The notes under the pieces: generated by a model | Databases searched by the model: none | What the model was told of the DNA's origin: nothing | The model's input: only the letters and a program-made list of their open reading frames with translations | Translations under genes and position numbers: made by a program | Part shown: positions 38,795 through 47,171 of the stretch, one piece after another | Position numbering within the stretch: position 1 is the first letter of the stretch | Layout of the letters: each line of letters opens with the position of its first letter | NCBI GenBank assembly: GCA_947458305.1 | Contig: CANGZO010000001.1 | Coordinates: forward strand, 1 to 47,171 | Source: Comamonadaceae bacterium | GTDB lineage: Bacteria > Pseudomonadota > Gammaproteobacteria > Burkholderiales > Burkholderiaceae_C | Reading direction: 5' to 3' | Length of the DNA stretch: 47,171 nucleotides

Positions 38795-41128
38795 TTAACC
38801 CGCAGTGGCTTCCTCAGGCTCGGTGGGTTCAGAGCGCGAAGCACGGCTGTCTTTCTTAGGGGTAGGCGTGATGTCCAACTGAACTTCATTTTTGTCGTCG
38901 ATGTCCACAGTGAGCCTGCCACCGTCGGTGAGGCGACCAAACAACAACTCGTCGGCCAAAGCTTTGCGAATGGTGTCTTGGATCAAGCGCTGCATCGGGC
39001 GAGCGCCCATGAGCGGATCGAAACCCTTCTTGCCGAGGAACTTGCGCAAAGCATCGGTGAAGGTGACTTCGACTTTTTTCTCGCCCAGCTGGGTTTCGAG
39101 CTGCAGCAAGAACTTGTCCACCACGCGCAAGATGATTTGCTCATCGAGTGGCTTGAAGCTGACCATGGCATCCAGGCGGTTGCGGAACTCGGGGGTGAAC
39201 AGGCGCTTGATGTCGCCCATTTCGTCACCGGCTGCACGCGGATTGGTGAAACCGATGGTGGCCTTGTTCATGGTCTCGGCACCCGCGTTGGTGGTCATGA
39301 TGATGATCACGTTGCGGAAGTCGGCCTTGCGCCCGTTGTTGTCGGTCAAGGTGCCATGGTCCATGACCTGCAGCAGCACGTTGAAGATGTCTGGGTGGGC
39401 TTTTTCGATCTCGTCGAGCAAGAGCACGCAATGCGGCTTCTTGGTCACGGCTTCGGTCAAAAGGCCACCCTGGTCAAAGCCCACATAGCCCGGAGGCGCG
39501 CCGATCAGGCGACTGACCGCATGGCGCTCCATGTACTCAGACATGTCAAAGCGGATCAGCTCGATGCCCATGATGTAAGCCAACTGCTTGGCGGCTTCGG
39601 TCTTGCCCACACCGGTGGGGCCTGAAAACAAGAAAGCGCCAATGGGTTTGTCGGTCTTGCCCAAACCCGAGCGGGCCATCTTGACCGCAGAGGCCAGCAC
39701 TTCAAGGGCTTTGTCTTGGCCGAACACCACTGACTTGAGATCGCGCTCAATGGTCTGCAATTTGCTGCGGTCGTCGTTGGACACGTTGGCCGGTGGAATC
39801 CTGGCGATCTTGGCCACGATGTCCTCGATCTCGGATTTGCCAATCGTCTTTTTGCGCTTGGAAGCGGCCTGGATGCGTTGGGCAGCTCCGGCCTCGTCGA
39901 TCACGTCAATCGCTTTGTCAGGCAGCTGGCGGTCGTTGATGAACTTGGCCGACAACTCGGCAGCGGCTTGCAAAGCGGCGATGGTGTATTTGACACTGTG
40001 GTGATCTTCAAAACGGCTCTTGAGGCCTTTGAGGATGTCCACGGTCTCTGAAACCGTTGGCTCGACCACGTCCACTTTTTGGAAGCGGCGCGACAGGGCC
40101 GCATCTTTTTCGAAAATGCCGCGGTACTCGGTGAAGGTGGTCGCACCGATGCATTTGAGTTGGCCACTGGACAAAGCTGGCTTGAGCAAGTTGGAGGCAT
40201 CCAAGGTGCCGCCCGAGGCCGCACCCGCACCAATCAGGGTGTGGATCTCGTCGATGAACAGGATGCCGTTGGGCTTGTCCTTGAGGGATTTGAGCACGCC
40301 TTTGAGGCGCTGCTCAAAATCACCCCGGTATTTGGTCCCTGCCAGCAACGAGCCCATGTCCAGCGAGTAAACCGTGGCCTCGGCCAAGATGTCAGGCACT
40401 GTGCCTTGGGTGATGCGCCAGGCCAAGCCTTCGGCAATCGCGGTTTTACCCACGCCGGCTTCACCTACCAACAGCGGGTTGTTTTTGCGGCGACGGCACA
40501 AAATTTGGATGGTGCGCTCCACCTCATACTCTCGGCCAATCAGCGGGTCGATCTTGCCTTCTTTGGCAGCCTGGTTGAGGTTGTTGGTGAACTGCTCCAG
40601 GGGAGAAGCTTTCTCGTTGCGCTCACCACCACTGGACTCTTCGGCTTCAGAACTGGCAGGGGAGTCAGACTTGGCCGCCTCGGGCGGATCGGTTTTGCGG
40701 ATACCGTGTGCGATGAAGTTGACCACATCCAAACGTGTGATGCCCTGCTGGTGCAGGTAGTAAACGGCGTGGGAGTCTTTCTCGCCAAAAATCGCCACCA
40801 GCACGTTCGCGCCTGTCACTTCTTTTTTACCATTGCCCGTGGACTGCACATGCATGATGGCACGTTGGATGACGCGCTGAAAGCCCAGAGTGGGCTGTGT
40901 ATCCACCTCTTCGGTACCCGCCACTTGGGGAGTGTTGTCTTTGATGAAATTACCCAGGGCCTTGCGCAGATCGTCAATGTTGGCGGCGCAAGCGCGCAGC
41001 ACCTCAGCCGCGCTGGGGTTGTCCAACAAGGCCAAAAGCAAATGCTCAACCGTGATGAATTCGTGGCGTTGCTGACGGGCTTCAACAAAGGCCATGTGCA
41101 AACTGACTTCCAATTCTTGGGCAATCAT
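38795..41128 (-). CDS. clpA: ATP-dependent Clp protease ATP-binding subunit ClpA
   Basis: MIAQELEVSL, HEFITVEHLL, GEAGVGKT, GPTGVGKT, FDMSEY, PPGYVG, IGF loop. Confidence 0.97.
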   Translation of the reverse strand: MIAQELEVSLHMAFVEARQQRHEFITVEHLLLALLDNPSAAEVLRACAANIDDLRKALGNFIKDNTPQVAGTEEVDTQPTLGFQRVIQRAIMHVQSTGNGKKEVTGANVLVAIFGEKDSHAVYYLHQQGITRLDVVNFIAHGIRKTDPPEAAKSDSPASSEAEESSGGERNEKASPLEQFTNNLNQAAKEGKIDPLIGREYEVERTIQILCRRRKNNPLLVGEAGVGKTAIAEGLAWRITQGTVPDILAEATVYSLDMGSLLAGTKYRGDFEQRLKGVLKSLKDKPNGILFIDEIHTLIGAGAASGGTLDASNLLKPALSSGQLKCIGATTFTEYRGIFEKDAALSRRFQKVDVVEPTVSETVDILKGLKSRFEDHHSVKYTIAALQAAAELSAKFINDRQLPDKAIDVIDEAGAAQRIQAASKRKKTIGKSEIEDIVAKIARIPPANVSNDDRSKLQTIERDLKSVVFGQDKALEVLASAVKMARSGLGKTDKPIGAFLFSGPTGVGKTEAAKQLAYIMGIELIRFDMSEYMERHAVSRLIGAPPGYVGFDQGGLLTEAVTKKPHCVLLLDEIEKAHPDIFNVLLQVMDHGTLTDNNGRKADFRNVIIIMTTNAGAETMNKATIGFTNPRAAGDEMGDIKRLFTPEFRNRLDAMVSFKPLDEQIILRVVDKFLLQLETQLGEKKVEVTFTDALRKFLGKKGFDPLMGARPMQRLIQDTIRKALADELLFGRLTDGGRLTVDIDDKNEVQLDITPTPKKDSRASRSEPTEPEEATAG

Positions 41129-41188
41129 GTGATTTCCTTATGCCTTGCTGAGTGAGAGAGATGGTTGGGAGATGAGGGGCATGTCCAC

Positions 41189-41548
41189 TTATTCAATAGG
41201 TTCGCTGACACATTGCAGTGGATGACCCGCCTGTTTGGCTGCGTCCAAAACCTGATCCACCTTGGTAGCGGCCACGTCCCGCGAGTAAACGCCACAAACG
41301 CCTTTGCCGTCCAAGTGGATTTTGAGCATGATTTGGGTGGCTGATTCCCTGTCTTTGCTGAAAAACTCCTGGATGACCATCACGACAAACTCCATCGGTG
41401 TGAAATCGTCGTTGAGCATCGCCACTTGGTACATCTGAGGCGGTTCAATTTTTTGGGTGCGCCGCTCAAGCACCACCGCATCGCCTCCATCGGGCGTTCG
41501 GGGTGTCACAGTCGGCAGCGTCGGATTTAGAGGTTTTTTCGTTGCCAT
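41189..41548 (-). CDS. clpS: Clp protease adaptor ClpS
   Basis: [30 protein letters not shown]. Confidence 0.96.
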   Translation of the reverse strand: MATKKPLNPTLPTVTPRTPDGGDAVVLERRTQKIEPPQMYQVAMLNDDFTPMEFVVMVIQEFFSKDRESATQIMLKIHLDGKGVCGVYSRDVAATKVDQVLDAAKQAGHPLQCVSEPIE

Positions 41549-41554
41549 GAATTC

Positions 41555-41560
41555 ATTCTA
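41555..41560 (-). promoter_or_regulatory. Putative -10 hexamer of clpS
   Basis: Minus strand reads TAGAAT-GAATTC-ATG. Confidence 0.5.
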
Positions 41561-41647
41561 TCGATGCTTTCAAGCCCTTTGAGGCTGCAGCACGAAAAGT
41601 CTTGATGCCCAGCGGCCAAAAAACATCGCCCCCGGGAAAACCTCACA

Positions 41648-41677
41648 TTGACAAATTCATCAAGAAATACTCAAACT
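41648..41677 (+). promoter_or_regulatory. Putative sigma70 promoter of the cold-shock gene
   Basis: Consensus TTGACA at 41648-41653 and weak -10 CAAACT at 41672-41677 (18-nt spacer). GGAG SD at 41697-41700. Confidence 0.4.
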
Positions 41678-41707
41678 GATTCATCAGATAAAAAATGGAG
41701 ACAGGGT

Positions 41708-41989
41708 ATGCCCCAAGGCACGGTCAAATGGTTCAACGATGCCAAGGGTTTTGGCTTCATCCAGCCCGATGGCGGAGGGGCTGACGCCTTCGCCCATTTT
41801 TCGGCCATCGAGATGGCGGGTTTCAAATCCCTCAAAGAGGGTCAAAGGGTCAGCTTTGACTTGATCGAGGGAGAAAAAGGATTTTTGGCGGTTCGAATTC
41901 AAGCCGAGCAAGCCACACCAGAAGCCATCCGACCCGCCACCGATGCCACCACACCCCTGAGCGATGGTTCAGGGATCGGGCCCAACTAG
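41708..41989 (+). CDS. cspD: Cold-shock domain protein, CspD-like
   Basis: [15 protein letters not shown] (RNP1) and AFAHFSAI (RNP2). Divergent from clpS, as is typical for cspD. Confidence 0.8.
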   Translation: MPQGTVKWFNDAKGFGFIQPDGGGADAFAHFSAIEMAGFKSLKEGQRVSFDLIEGEKGFLAVRIQAEQATPEAIRPATDATTPLSDGSGIGPN

Positions 41990-42072
41990 GCCATACCGCT
42001 CTTTGCCACGGCCTCGCTGGCTTGATCATTTATGCTCGGTGGCTTGCAATACTTCATGCCCTCTCGCATCCC

Positions 42073-42576
42073 ATGAATCGCCTCACCCTTTTGACTCGTA
42101 TTTTTCCAGCACGGTCTTTTTCGTTCCTGAATAGATGCTTTGGGCTATTGATTTGGCTTGGCTGCAGTTCAAGCTTTGCCCAAGGCACACCTCAAATGGG
42201 TTTAGAGCGCACACAACTCATGGCAGGCATGCACCGCCTGGATGTTCAGTTGGCCCAAACACAGGAGCAACGCCAAATCGGCTTGATGTGGCGCAAGGAC
42301 ATGCCGCAGCACGAAGGCATGTTGTTTGTTTTTGACCAACCCAGCACCCAGTGCTTTTGGATGCGCAACACACTGATTCCGCTCACGGCTGCATTTTTGG
42401 AAGACGACGGCACCATCGTCAACTTGGCGGACATGAAACCCTTGAACGACGATTCGCACTGCTCCACAAAACCCGTGCGCTTTGTCCTTGAAATGAACCA
42501 AGGCTGGTTTGCCAAGCGACAAATCAAGCCCGGCTTCAAATTGGGTGGCTCGGTCTTTGGCAAACGACCGAACTGA
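42073..42576 (+). CDS. DUF192 domain exported protein
   Basis: Signal-like N-terminus, GLM.R, GMLFVF, CFWMRNT.IPL..AF, VLEMN.GWF. Start uncertain. Confidence 0.85.
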   Translation: MNRLTLLTRIFPARSFSFLNRCFGLLIWLGCSSSFAQGTPQMGLERTQLMAGMHRLDVQLAQTQEQRQIGLMWRKDMPQHEGMLFVFDQPSTQCFWMRNTLIPLTAAFLEDDGTIVNLADMKPLNDDSHCSTKPVRFVLEMNQGWFAKRQIKPGFKLGGSVFGKRPN

Positions 42577-42578
42577 GT

Positions 42579-42926
42579 TCAAACACCCCAAACCAGGTCA
42601 GTTGGGGTCGCCACGCATTGTTTGAGCAACTTGATCATCGGGCTGGCGCGCTGAGCCAACCGAACAGCATCAAGCTCAGACTCTGGGGGGGTGACCTCTA
42701 AAGCATCCTGTTTTTTGCCTTTTTGGGCATCTTGACTGCGCTGAGCACGAAGGGCTTCGTCTTGGGCCACCGCCGATTCCAATTTGGCCAATACCTGAGG
42801 CATGTCTTGGCTGAGAACGATCCCTTTGACCGGGTCATCTCCCAGCATGATTTTGAGCAACCTTCGGCCATCGGCCTCCAGCATGATGAGATCGCTGGTG
42901 ATTTGGCTTTTGAATTTGAACAACAC
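42579..42926 (-). CDS. DUF1840 family protein
   Basis: MLFKFKS...DLIML, GI, V.L.QRA.P...LL and terminal VWGV. GTG start with AAGGAG SD at 42933-42938. Confidence 0.78.
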   Translation of the reverse strand: MLFKFKSQITSDLIMLEADGRRLLKIMLGDDPVKGIVLSQDMPQVLAKLESAVAQDEALRAQRSQDAQKGKKQDALEVTPPESELDAVRLAQRASPMIKLLKQCVATPTDLVWGV

Positions 42927-42946
42927 GGCTGGCTCCTTGAAAAGAT

Positions 42947-43297
42947 TCAGCGGCCCACCATCTCCACACCTTCGTCTTCAACAGCATCGCCCTGAACCAA
43001 AGCCTTGAGTTTATGGCTGGCATGGAAGGTGGCGACACGACGTGCATCAATAGGAATCAATTCTCCGGTGCGTGGGTTACGACCTGGACGTGCCGCCTTG
43101 GTGCGAATCTGAAAATTCCCAAATCCAGAAATTTTGACCTCTTCTCCCGCCATCAATTGCTCGACCACCAGGTCAAAAAATGCATCCACCATGTCCTTGG
43201 ATTCGCGCTTGTTCAAGCCAATCTGCTCGTACAACAAGTCGGCCAAATGGGCTTTGGTCAGCGCTGGCGTCTCAAGGGATTCAAAACTGATTTGCAT
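42947..43297 (-). CDS. ihfA: Integration host factor subunit alpha
   Basis: LTKA.LA..L, VKISGFGNF, RPGRNPRTGE.IPI.ARRV.TF. Lies directly after pheT. Confidence 0.95.
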   Translation of the reverse strand: MQISFESLETPALTKAHLADLLYEQIGLNKRESKDMVDAFFDLVVEQLMAGEEVKISGFGNFQIRTKAARPGRNPRTGELIPIDARRVATFHASHKLKALVQGDAVEDEGVEMVGR

Positions 43298-43305
43298 GGA
43301 AGGCC

Positions 43306-45735
43306 TCAAGAACGCAGACGCGCAGATAACTGCTGCGTTAAAGCCAAGACCACACTTTTCATGACAGCCTCAATTTGAAGGTCGGTCAAAGTGGCCTCAT
43401 CGCTGTGCAAACTCAAGCGCACGGCCAGACTCTTCTCGCCCACAGCCAAACCACCGGCTGACTCGGCCTTTGGTCGGTAAATGTCAAACAGCACCGCATC
43501 ACGCAGCAACCCCTGGGTAGGCGCTGTGTGGATGGCTGCCATCAATTGGGCATGTGTGACCTGCTCATTGACGATGACCGCGATGTCTCGCTCCACCGAC
43601 TGGTGTTTGGCCACCGCTTGCGCCACAGGCACCTGACGGGCCGTGACAGCATCGAGAGTCAGCTCAAACACCACGGGCGCGCTGGTCAAATCCCACGCCT
43701 GACGCCAGCGGGGATGTAACTCCCCCACATGACCGATCAGAACGCCATCGAGAAGCACCTGGGCCGAGCGTCCGGGGTGCATGGCCGGGTGTTCTGCGGC
43801 CACAAATTCGGCTTGACGCGGGGCCAAGAGCTTTTCCACATCGGCCTTGACGTCGTAAAAATCGACTTGGCAGGCCTTGCCCTGCCAGCTCAATGACTCG
43901 ACCGGGCCCCAAGCCATACCGGCCACACGCATGGGTTGGTCAAATCCTTCCACGGTGGTGTCGCTGCTCTGCACCGAAGCATTGCGCAAGAACACACGGC
44001 CCAGCTCGAACACGCGCACGCGATCGGCCTTTCGGTCGGCGTTGAACTTGACCACTTGCAGCAGCGAGCCGATCAGGCTCGAGCGCATCACGCTCATCTG
44101 GCTGGCAATCGGGTTGAGCAGGCGGATCGGGCTGGTGATGCCTGCCAAGTCTTTTTCCCACGCTTCTTCGACAAAGCTGTAGTTGATGGTTTCTTGGTAC
44201 CCCAAAGCGGCAATAGCTCGTCGCACTGCCGATGGACTGCGCTCAGTCTCAGGGCGCACCTTGGCGGTAATGGGAGCCAGAGGCGGATTCGTAGGCAGGT
44301 TGTTGTAGCCCACCATGCGGGCCACTTCTTCGATCAGGTCTTCTTCGATCTGCAAATCGAACCGGAAGCTGGGCGGCGTCACGGTGACGGCGCCCTCGCC
44401 TTCAGCCACTTGCAGACCCAAGCCGCGCAAGGCGTCAGCGCATTGCCGCTGCGTCAAAGGCATGCCAATCACCTTGACCGCACGGGCCACGCGCAGCGTG
44501 ACGGGCTTGATGGCTGGAATGTTCAGAATCTGGTCGTCGACGGGGCCGACTTGGGTCTCGGACGTGCCGCAAATGTCCAGCACCAATTGGGTGATGCGCT
44601 CAATGTGCTCCACCGTCAACTGCGGATCCACGCCGCGTTCGAATCGGTGACCCGCATCGGTCGAAAAGTTGTAGCGGCGCGAGCGGCCAGCAATCGAGGT
44701 GGGCCACCAGAAGGCGGCTTCGATGTAGATGTTTTGGGTGTCGTCGGACACGGCAGTGGCGTCACCACCCATGATGCCGGCCAGAGACTCGACTTGGCGG
44801 TCATCGGCGATCACGCCGACCTTGTCATCAACCGTCACGGTATTGCCATTGAGCAGCTTGAGCGTTTCACCGGGATTGCCCCAACGCACTTGCAGGCCAC
44901 CGTGAATTTTGTCGAGGTCAAAGATGTGCGAAGGCCGCCCGAACTCGAACATCACGTAGTTGGAGATATCCACCAACGGGCTCACACTGCGCTGGCCACA
45001 ACGTGCCAGGCGGTCCACCATCCACTGTGGGGTTTGGGCCTTCGTGTTCACGCCCTTCACCACACGACCGCTGAAGCGGCCGCACAGATCGGGGGACTGG
45101 ACATTCACGGCCAGCTTGTCGCTGATCTGGGTGGCCACAGCCGGAAACGATGGCGCCTTGAGTGGCGCACCGGTAAGGGCCGACACTTCGCGGGCAATGC
45201 CGTAAACACTCAAGCAATGCGCCAAATTGGGCGTCAACTTGAGCGTCATCAGGGTGTCGTCCAGATTCAGGTACTGACGGATGTCTTGACCCAAAGGTGC
45301 GTCGAGTGGCAACTCCAGCAATCCACCATGGTCATCGGCGATTTTCAGCTCTTTGGCCGAACACAGCATGCCATGGCTCTCCACACCACGCAGCTTGCCC
45401 ACTTTGATCAAGAAAGGCTTGCCGTCTTCACCGGGTGGCAGCTCGGCACCCACCATGGCGCAAGGCACACGGATACCCACTCGGGCGTTGGGCGCGCCGC
45501 AGACGATGTTCAGCAGGCTTGCCTGCCCCACGTCCACCTGGCACACACGCAAACGGTCGGCGTTCGGGTGCTGCACGGCTTCCTTGATTTCGCCAACCAC
45601 GATGTGGGTGAAAGGCGGGGCTACGGGCTCGAGTTCTTCCACTTCAAGGCCGGCCATGGTCAAGGTATCGGCCAGTTGCTGTGTCGTCAGGGGCGGGTTG
45701 CAGAATTCGCGCAACCAGGATTCGGGAAATTGCAT
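43306..45735 (-). CDS. pheT: Phenylalanine--tRNA ligase beta subunit
   Basis: MQFPESWLR, HPNADRL, IVCGAPN, RFERGVD, DLIEEVAR, C-terminal FDX-ACB (RDIA, LFDIY, KSLA). Confidence 0.97.
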   Translation of the reverse strand: MQFPESWLREFCNPPLTTQQLADTLTMAGLEVEELEPVAPPFTHIVVGEIKEAVQHPNADRLRVCQVDVGQASLLNIVCGAPNARVGIRVPCAMVGAELPPGEDGKPFLIKVGKLRGVESHGMLCSAKELKIADDHGGLLELPLDAPLGQDIRQYLNLDDTLMTLKLTPNLAHCLSVYGIAREVSALTGAPLKAPSFPAVATQISDKLAVNVQSPDLCGRFSGRVVKGVNTKAQTPQWMVDRLARCGQRSVSPLVDISNYVMFEFGRPSHIFDLDKIHGGLQVRWGNPGETLKLLNGNTVTVDDKVGVIADDRQVESLAGIMGGDATAVSDDTQNIYIEAAFWWPTSIAGRSRRYNFSTDAGHRFERGVDPQLTVEHIERITQLVLDICGTSETQVGPVDDQILNIPAIKPVTLRVARAVKVIGMPLTQRQCADALRGLGLQVAEGEGAVTVTPPSFRFDLQIEEDLIEEVARMVGYNNLPTNPPLAPITAKVRPETERSPSAVRRAIAALGYQETINYSFVEEAWEKDLAGITSPIRLLNPIASQMSVMRSSLIGSLLQVVKFNADRKADRVRVFELGRVFLRNASVQSSDTTVEGFDQPMRVAGMAWGPVESLSWQGKACQVDFYDVKADVEKLLAPRQAEFVAAEHPAMHPGRSAQVLLDGVLIGHVGELHPRWRQAWDLTSAPVVFELTLDAVTARQVPVAQAVAKHQSVERDIAVIVNEQVTHAQLMAAIHTAPTQGLLRDAVLFDIYRPKAESAGGLAVGEKSLAVRLSLHSDEATLTDLQIEAVMKSVVLALTQQLSARLRS

Positions 45736-45757
45736 GACTCGTGTCTCGGCTTGGAAA

Positions 45758-46795
45758 TTACTGGAACTGATTCAGAAAGCGCACATCGCCGTCAAAGAAC
45801 AGGCGCAGGTCGTTCACGCCGTAGCGCAGCATGGTGAAGCGGTCCATGCCCATGCCAAAGGCAAAGCCGATGAACTGCTCGGGGTCGAGACCCATGTTGC
45901 GAACCACGTTCGGGTGCACTTGGCCTGAGCCACCCACTTCGAGCCACCGACCGGCCAAAGGGCCGCTTTGGAACTGGATGTCGATCTCAGCACTGGGCTC
46001 GGTGAAGGGGAAAAAGCTGGGGCGAAAGCGCAGCACCAGGTCGTCGCTTTCGAAGAAGGTGCGGCAAAAATCGGTGACCACGACCTTGAGGTCTTTGAAG
46101 CTCACGTTCTCGCCAATCCACAGGCCTTCGCATTGGTGGAACATGGGCGAGTGAGTCGCATCGCTGTCCACGCGGTAGGTACGGCCAGGGGCAATCACGC
46201 GAATCTCGGGCATGCCCTGACCCGCATCGAGCTGGTTGCGGTAGCGCTTGACGTGCTGCACCGCATGGCGAATCTGCATCGGGCTGGTGTGCGTGCGCAG
46301 TAAATGACCGCCTTCGACGTAGAAGGTGTCATGCATGGAGCGAGCTGGGTGGTCTTCGGGTGTGTTGAGCGCGGTGAAATTGAACCAGTCGGTCTCGATC
46401 TCGGGGCCTTGGGCCACCTCGAAACCCATGGAGCCAAAAATATTTTCGACCCGCTCCAACGTGAGTGATACAGGGTGCAAGCCACCTGCGTTGACACTGC
46501 GACCCGGCAGCGTCACATCCAGCGCCTCGGCCTTGAGTTGGGCTTGCAACTCGGCATCGGCCAGCGCTTGGCGACGGTCATTCAGCGCAGCCTCAATCGC
46601 CTGCTTGGCGATGTTGATGGCAGCACCACGTGTTTTCTTGTCATCCACGCTCAAAGCGGCCATGCCCTTCATCAGTTCGGTGATGCGACCGGCTTTGCCC
46701 AGAAAGAGGGCTTTGGCATTTTCCAGGTCAGCAGGTGTCTGTGCCTGCAAAAAACTCTGGCGGGCAGATTCGACCAGGGTGTCCAGCTCATTCAT
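45758..46795 (-). CDS. pheS: Phenylalanine--tRNA ligase alpha subunit
   Basis: [47 protein letters not shown]. Confidence 0.97.
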   Translation of the reverse strand: MNELDTLVESARQSFLQAQTPADLENAKALFLGKAGRITELMKGMAALSVDDKKTRGAAINIAKQAIEAALNDRRQALADAELQAQLKAEALDVTLPGRSVNAGGLHPVSLTLERVENIFGSMGFEVAQGPEIETDWFNFTALNTPEDHPARSMHDTFYVEGGHLLRTHTSPMQIRHAVQHVKRYRNQLDAGQGMPEIRVIAPGRTYRVDSDATHSPMFHQCEGLWIGENVSFKDLKVVVTDFCRTFFESDDLVLRFRPSFFPFTEPSAEIDIQFQSGPLAGRWLEVGGSGQVHPNVVRNMGLDPEQFIGFAFGMGMDRFTMLRYGVNDLRLFFDGDVRFLNQFQ

Positions 46796-46816
46796 GATGG
46801 GAATTTCGTAGATGAC

Positions 46817-46860
46817 AAAATAAAAAAGGGATTGAAGCTTTTGCGAGCCTCAATCCCTTT
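46817..46860 (-). terminator. Intrinsic terminator-like hairpin between rplT and pheS
   Basis: Minus strand AAAGGGATTGAGGCT-CGCAAA-AGCTTCAATCCCTTT-TTTATTTT: a 15-bp stem with one G-U pair, running into a U tract. Confidence 0.8.
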
Positions 46861-46906
46861 GATCGAGTGCGTGTCACAGGCCCATAGGCCCATGCCACTC
46901 ATGGAC

Positions 46907-47171
46907 TCAAGCTGCGGCCAATTTGGCTTTGACTTGGTTCACGATGCCAGCAAAAGCGGCCTTGTCGTGCACGGCGATGTCCGCCAGCATCTTACGGTCG
47001 ATTTCGATGGCAGCCTTCTTCAGGCCGTTGGCGAATTGGCTGTAAGTCAGACCGCATTCACGCGCAGCGGCGTTGATACGGGCAATCCACAACTGACGGA
47101 ACACACGCTTTTTGGTGCGGCGGTCACGGTAGGCGTATTGGCCAGCCTTCATCACCGCCTGTTTGGCGATA
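46907..47171 (-). CDS. rplT: 50S ribosomal protein L20 (5' end beyond window)
   Basis: [42 protein letters not shown]. Upstream of pheS. Confidence 0.97.
   Translation of the reverse strand, partial: IAKQAVMKAGQYAYRDRRTKKRVFRQLWIARINAAARECGLTYSQFANGLKKAAIEIDRKMLADIAVHDKAAFAGIVNQVKAKLAAA

Overview
Dense core-genome segment of a betaproteobacterium. Gene order and protein style point to Comamonadaceae, possibly a Limnohabitans-like lineage (inference, no search run). Content in order: a 5'-truncated tRNA-Ser(GGA); an orphan LivK/LivJ-type binding lipoprotein; pepA-holC-ORF87, divergent from lptF-lptG-cbiX/sirB-cysB-aminotransferase-hydrolase-def; smc-zipA-ligA; dapC-dapE-prmB and an ABC-F gene; tolB-pal-cpoB-yeeE-tcdA-tRNA-Lys(TTT); msbA; yebC-purD-acyltransferase-hemF-nadD-rsfS-rlmH-maf-rng; a DUF853 ATPase; clpS-clpA; a cspD-like gene and DUF192; and rplT(partial)-pheS-pheT-ihfA-DUF1840. 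I found no mobile element, integrase, prophage, CRISPR array or defence system, and I cannot support a clearly new multi-gene system. Best leads: (1) a YeeE/YedE sulfur transporter coupled to tcdA beside tRNA-Lys(UUU); (2) a 36-codon Phe-containing ORF that exactly bridges the rplT stop and pheS start through a terminator hairpin; (3) a histone-H1-like tail on RsfS and a smaller basic tail on PepA; (4) apparently leaderless dapC and clpS, a terminator-like hairpin in the smc leader, and no dapD between dapC and dapE. Start codons were chosen by eye and several have stated alternatives.
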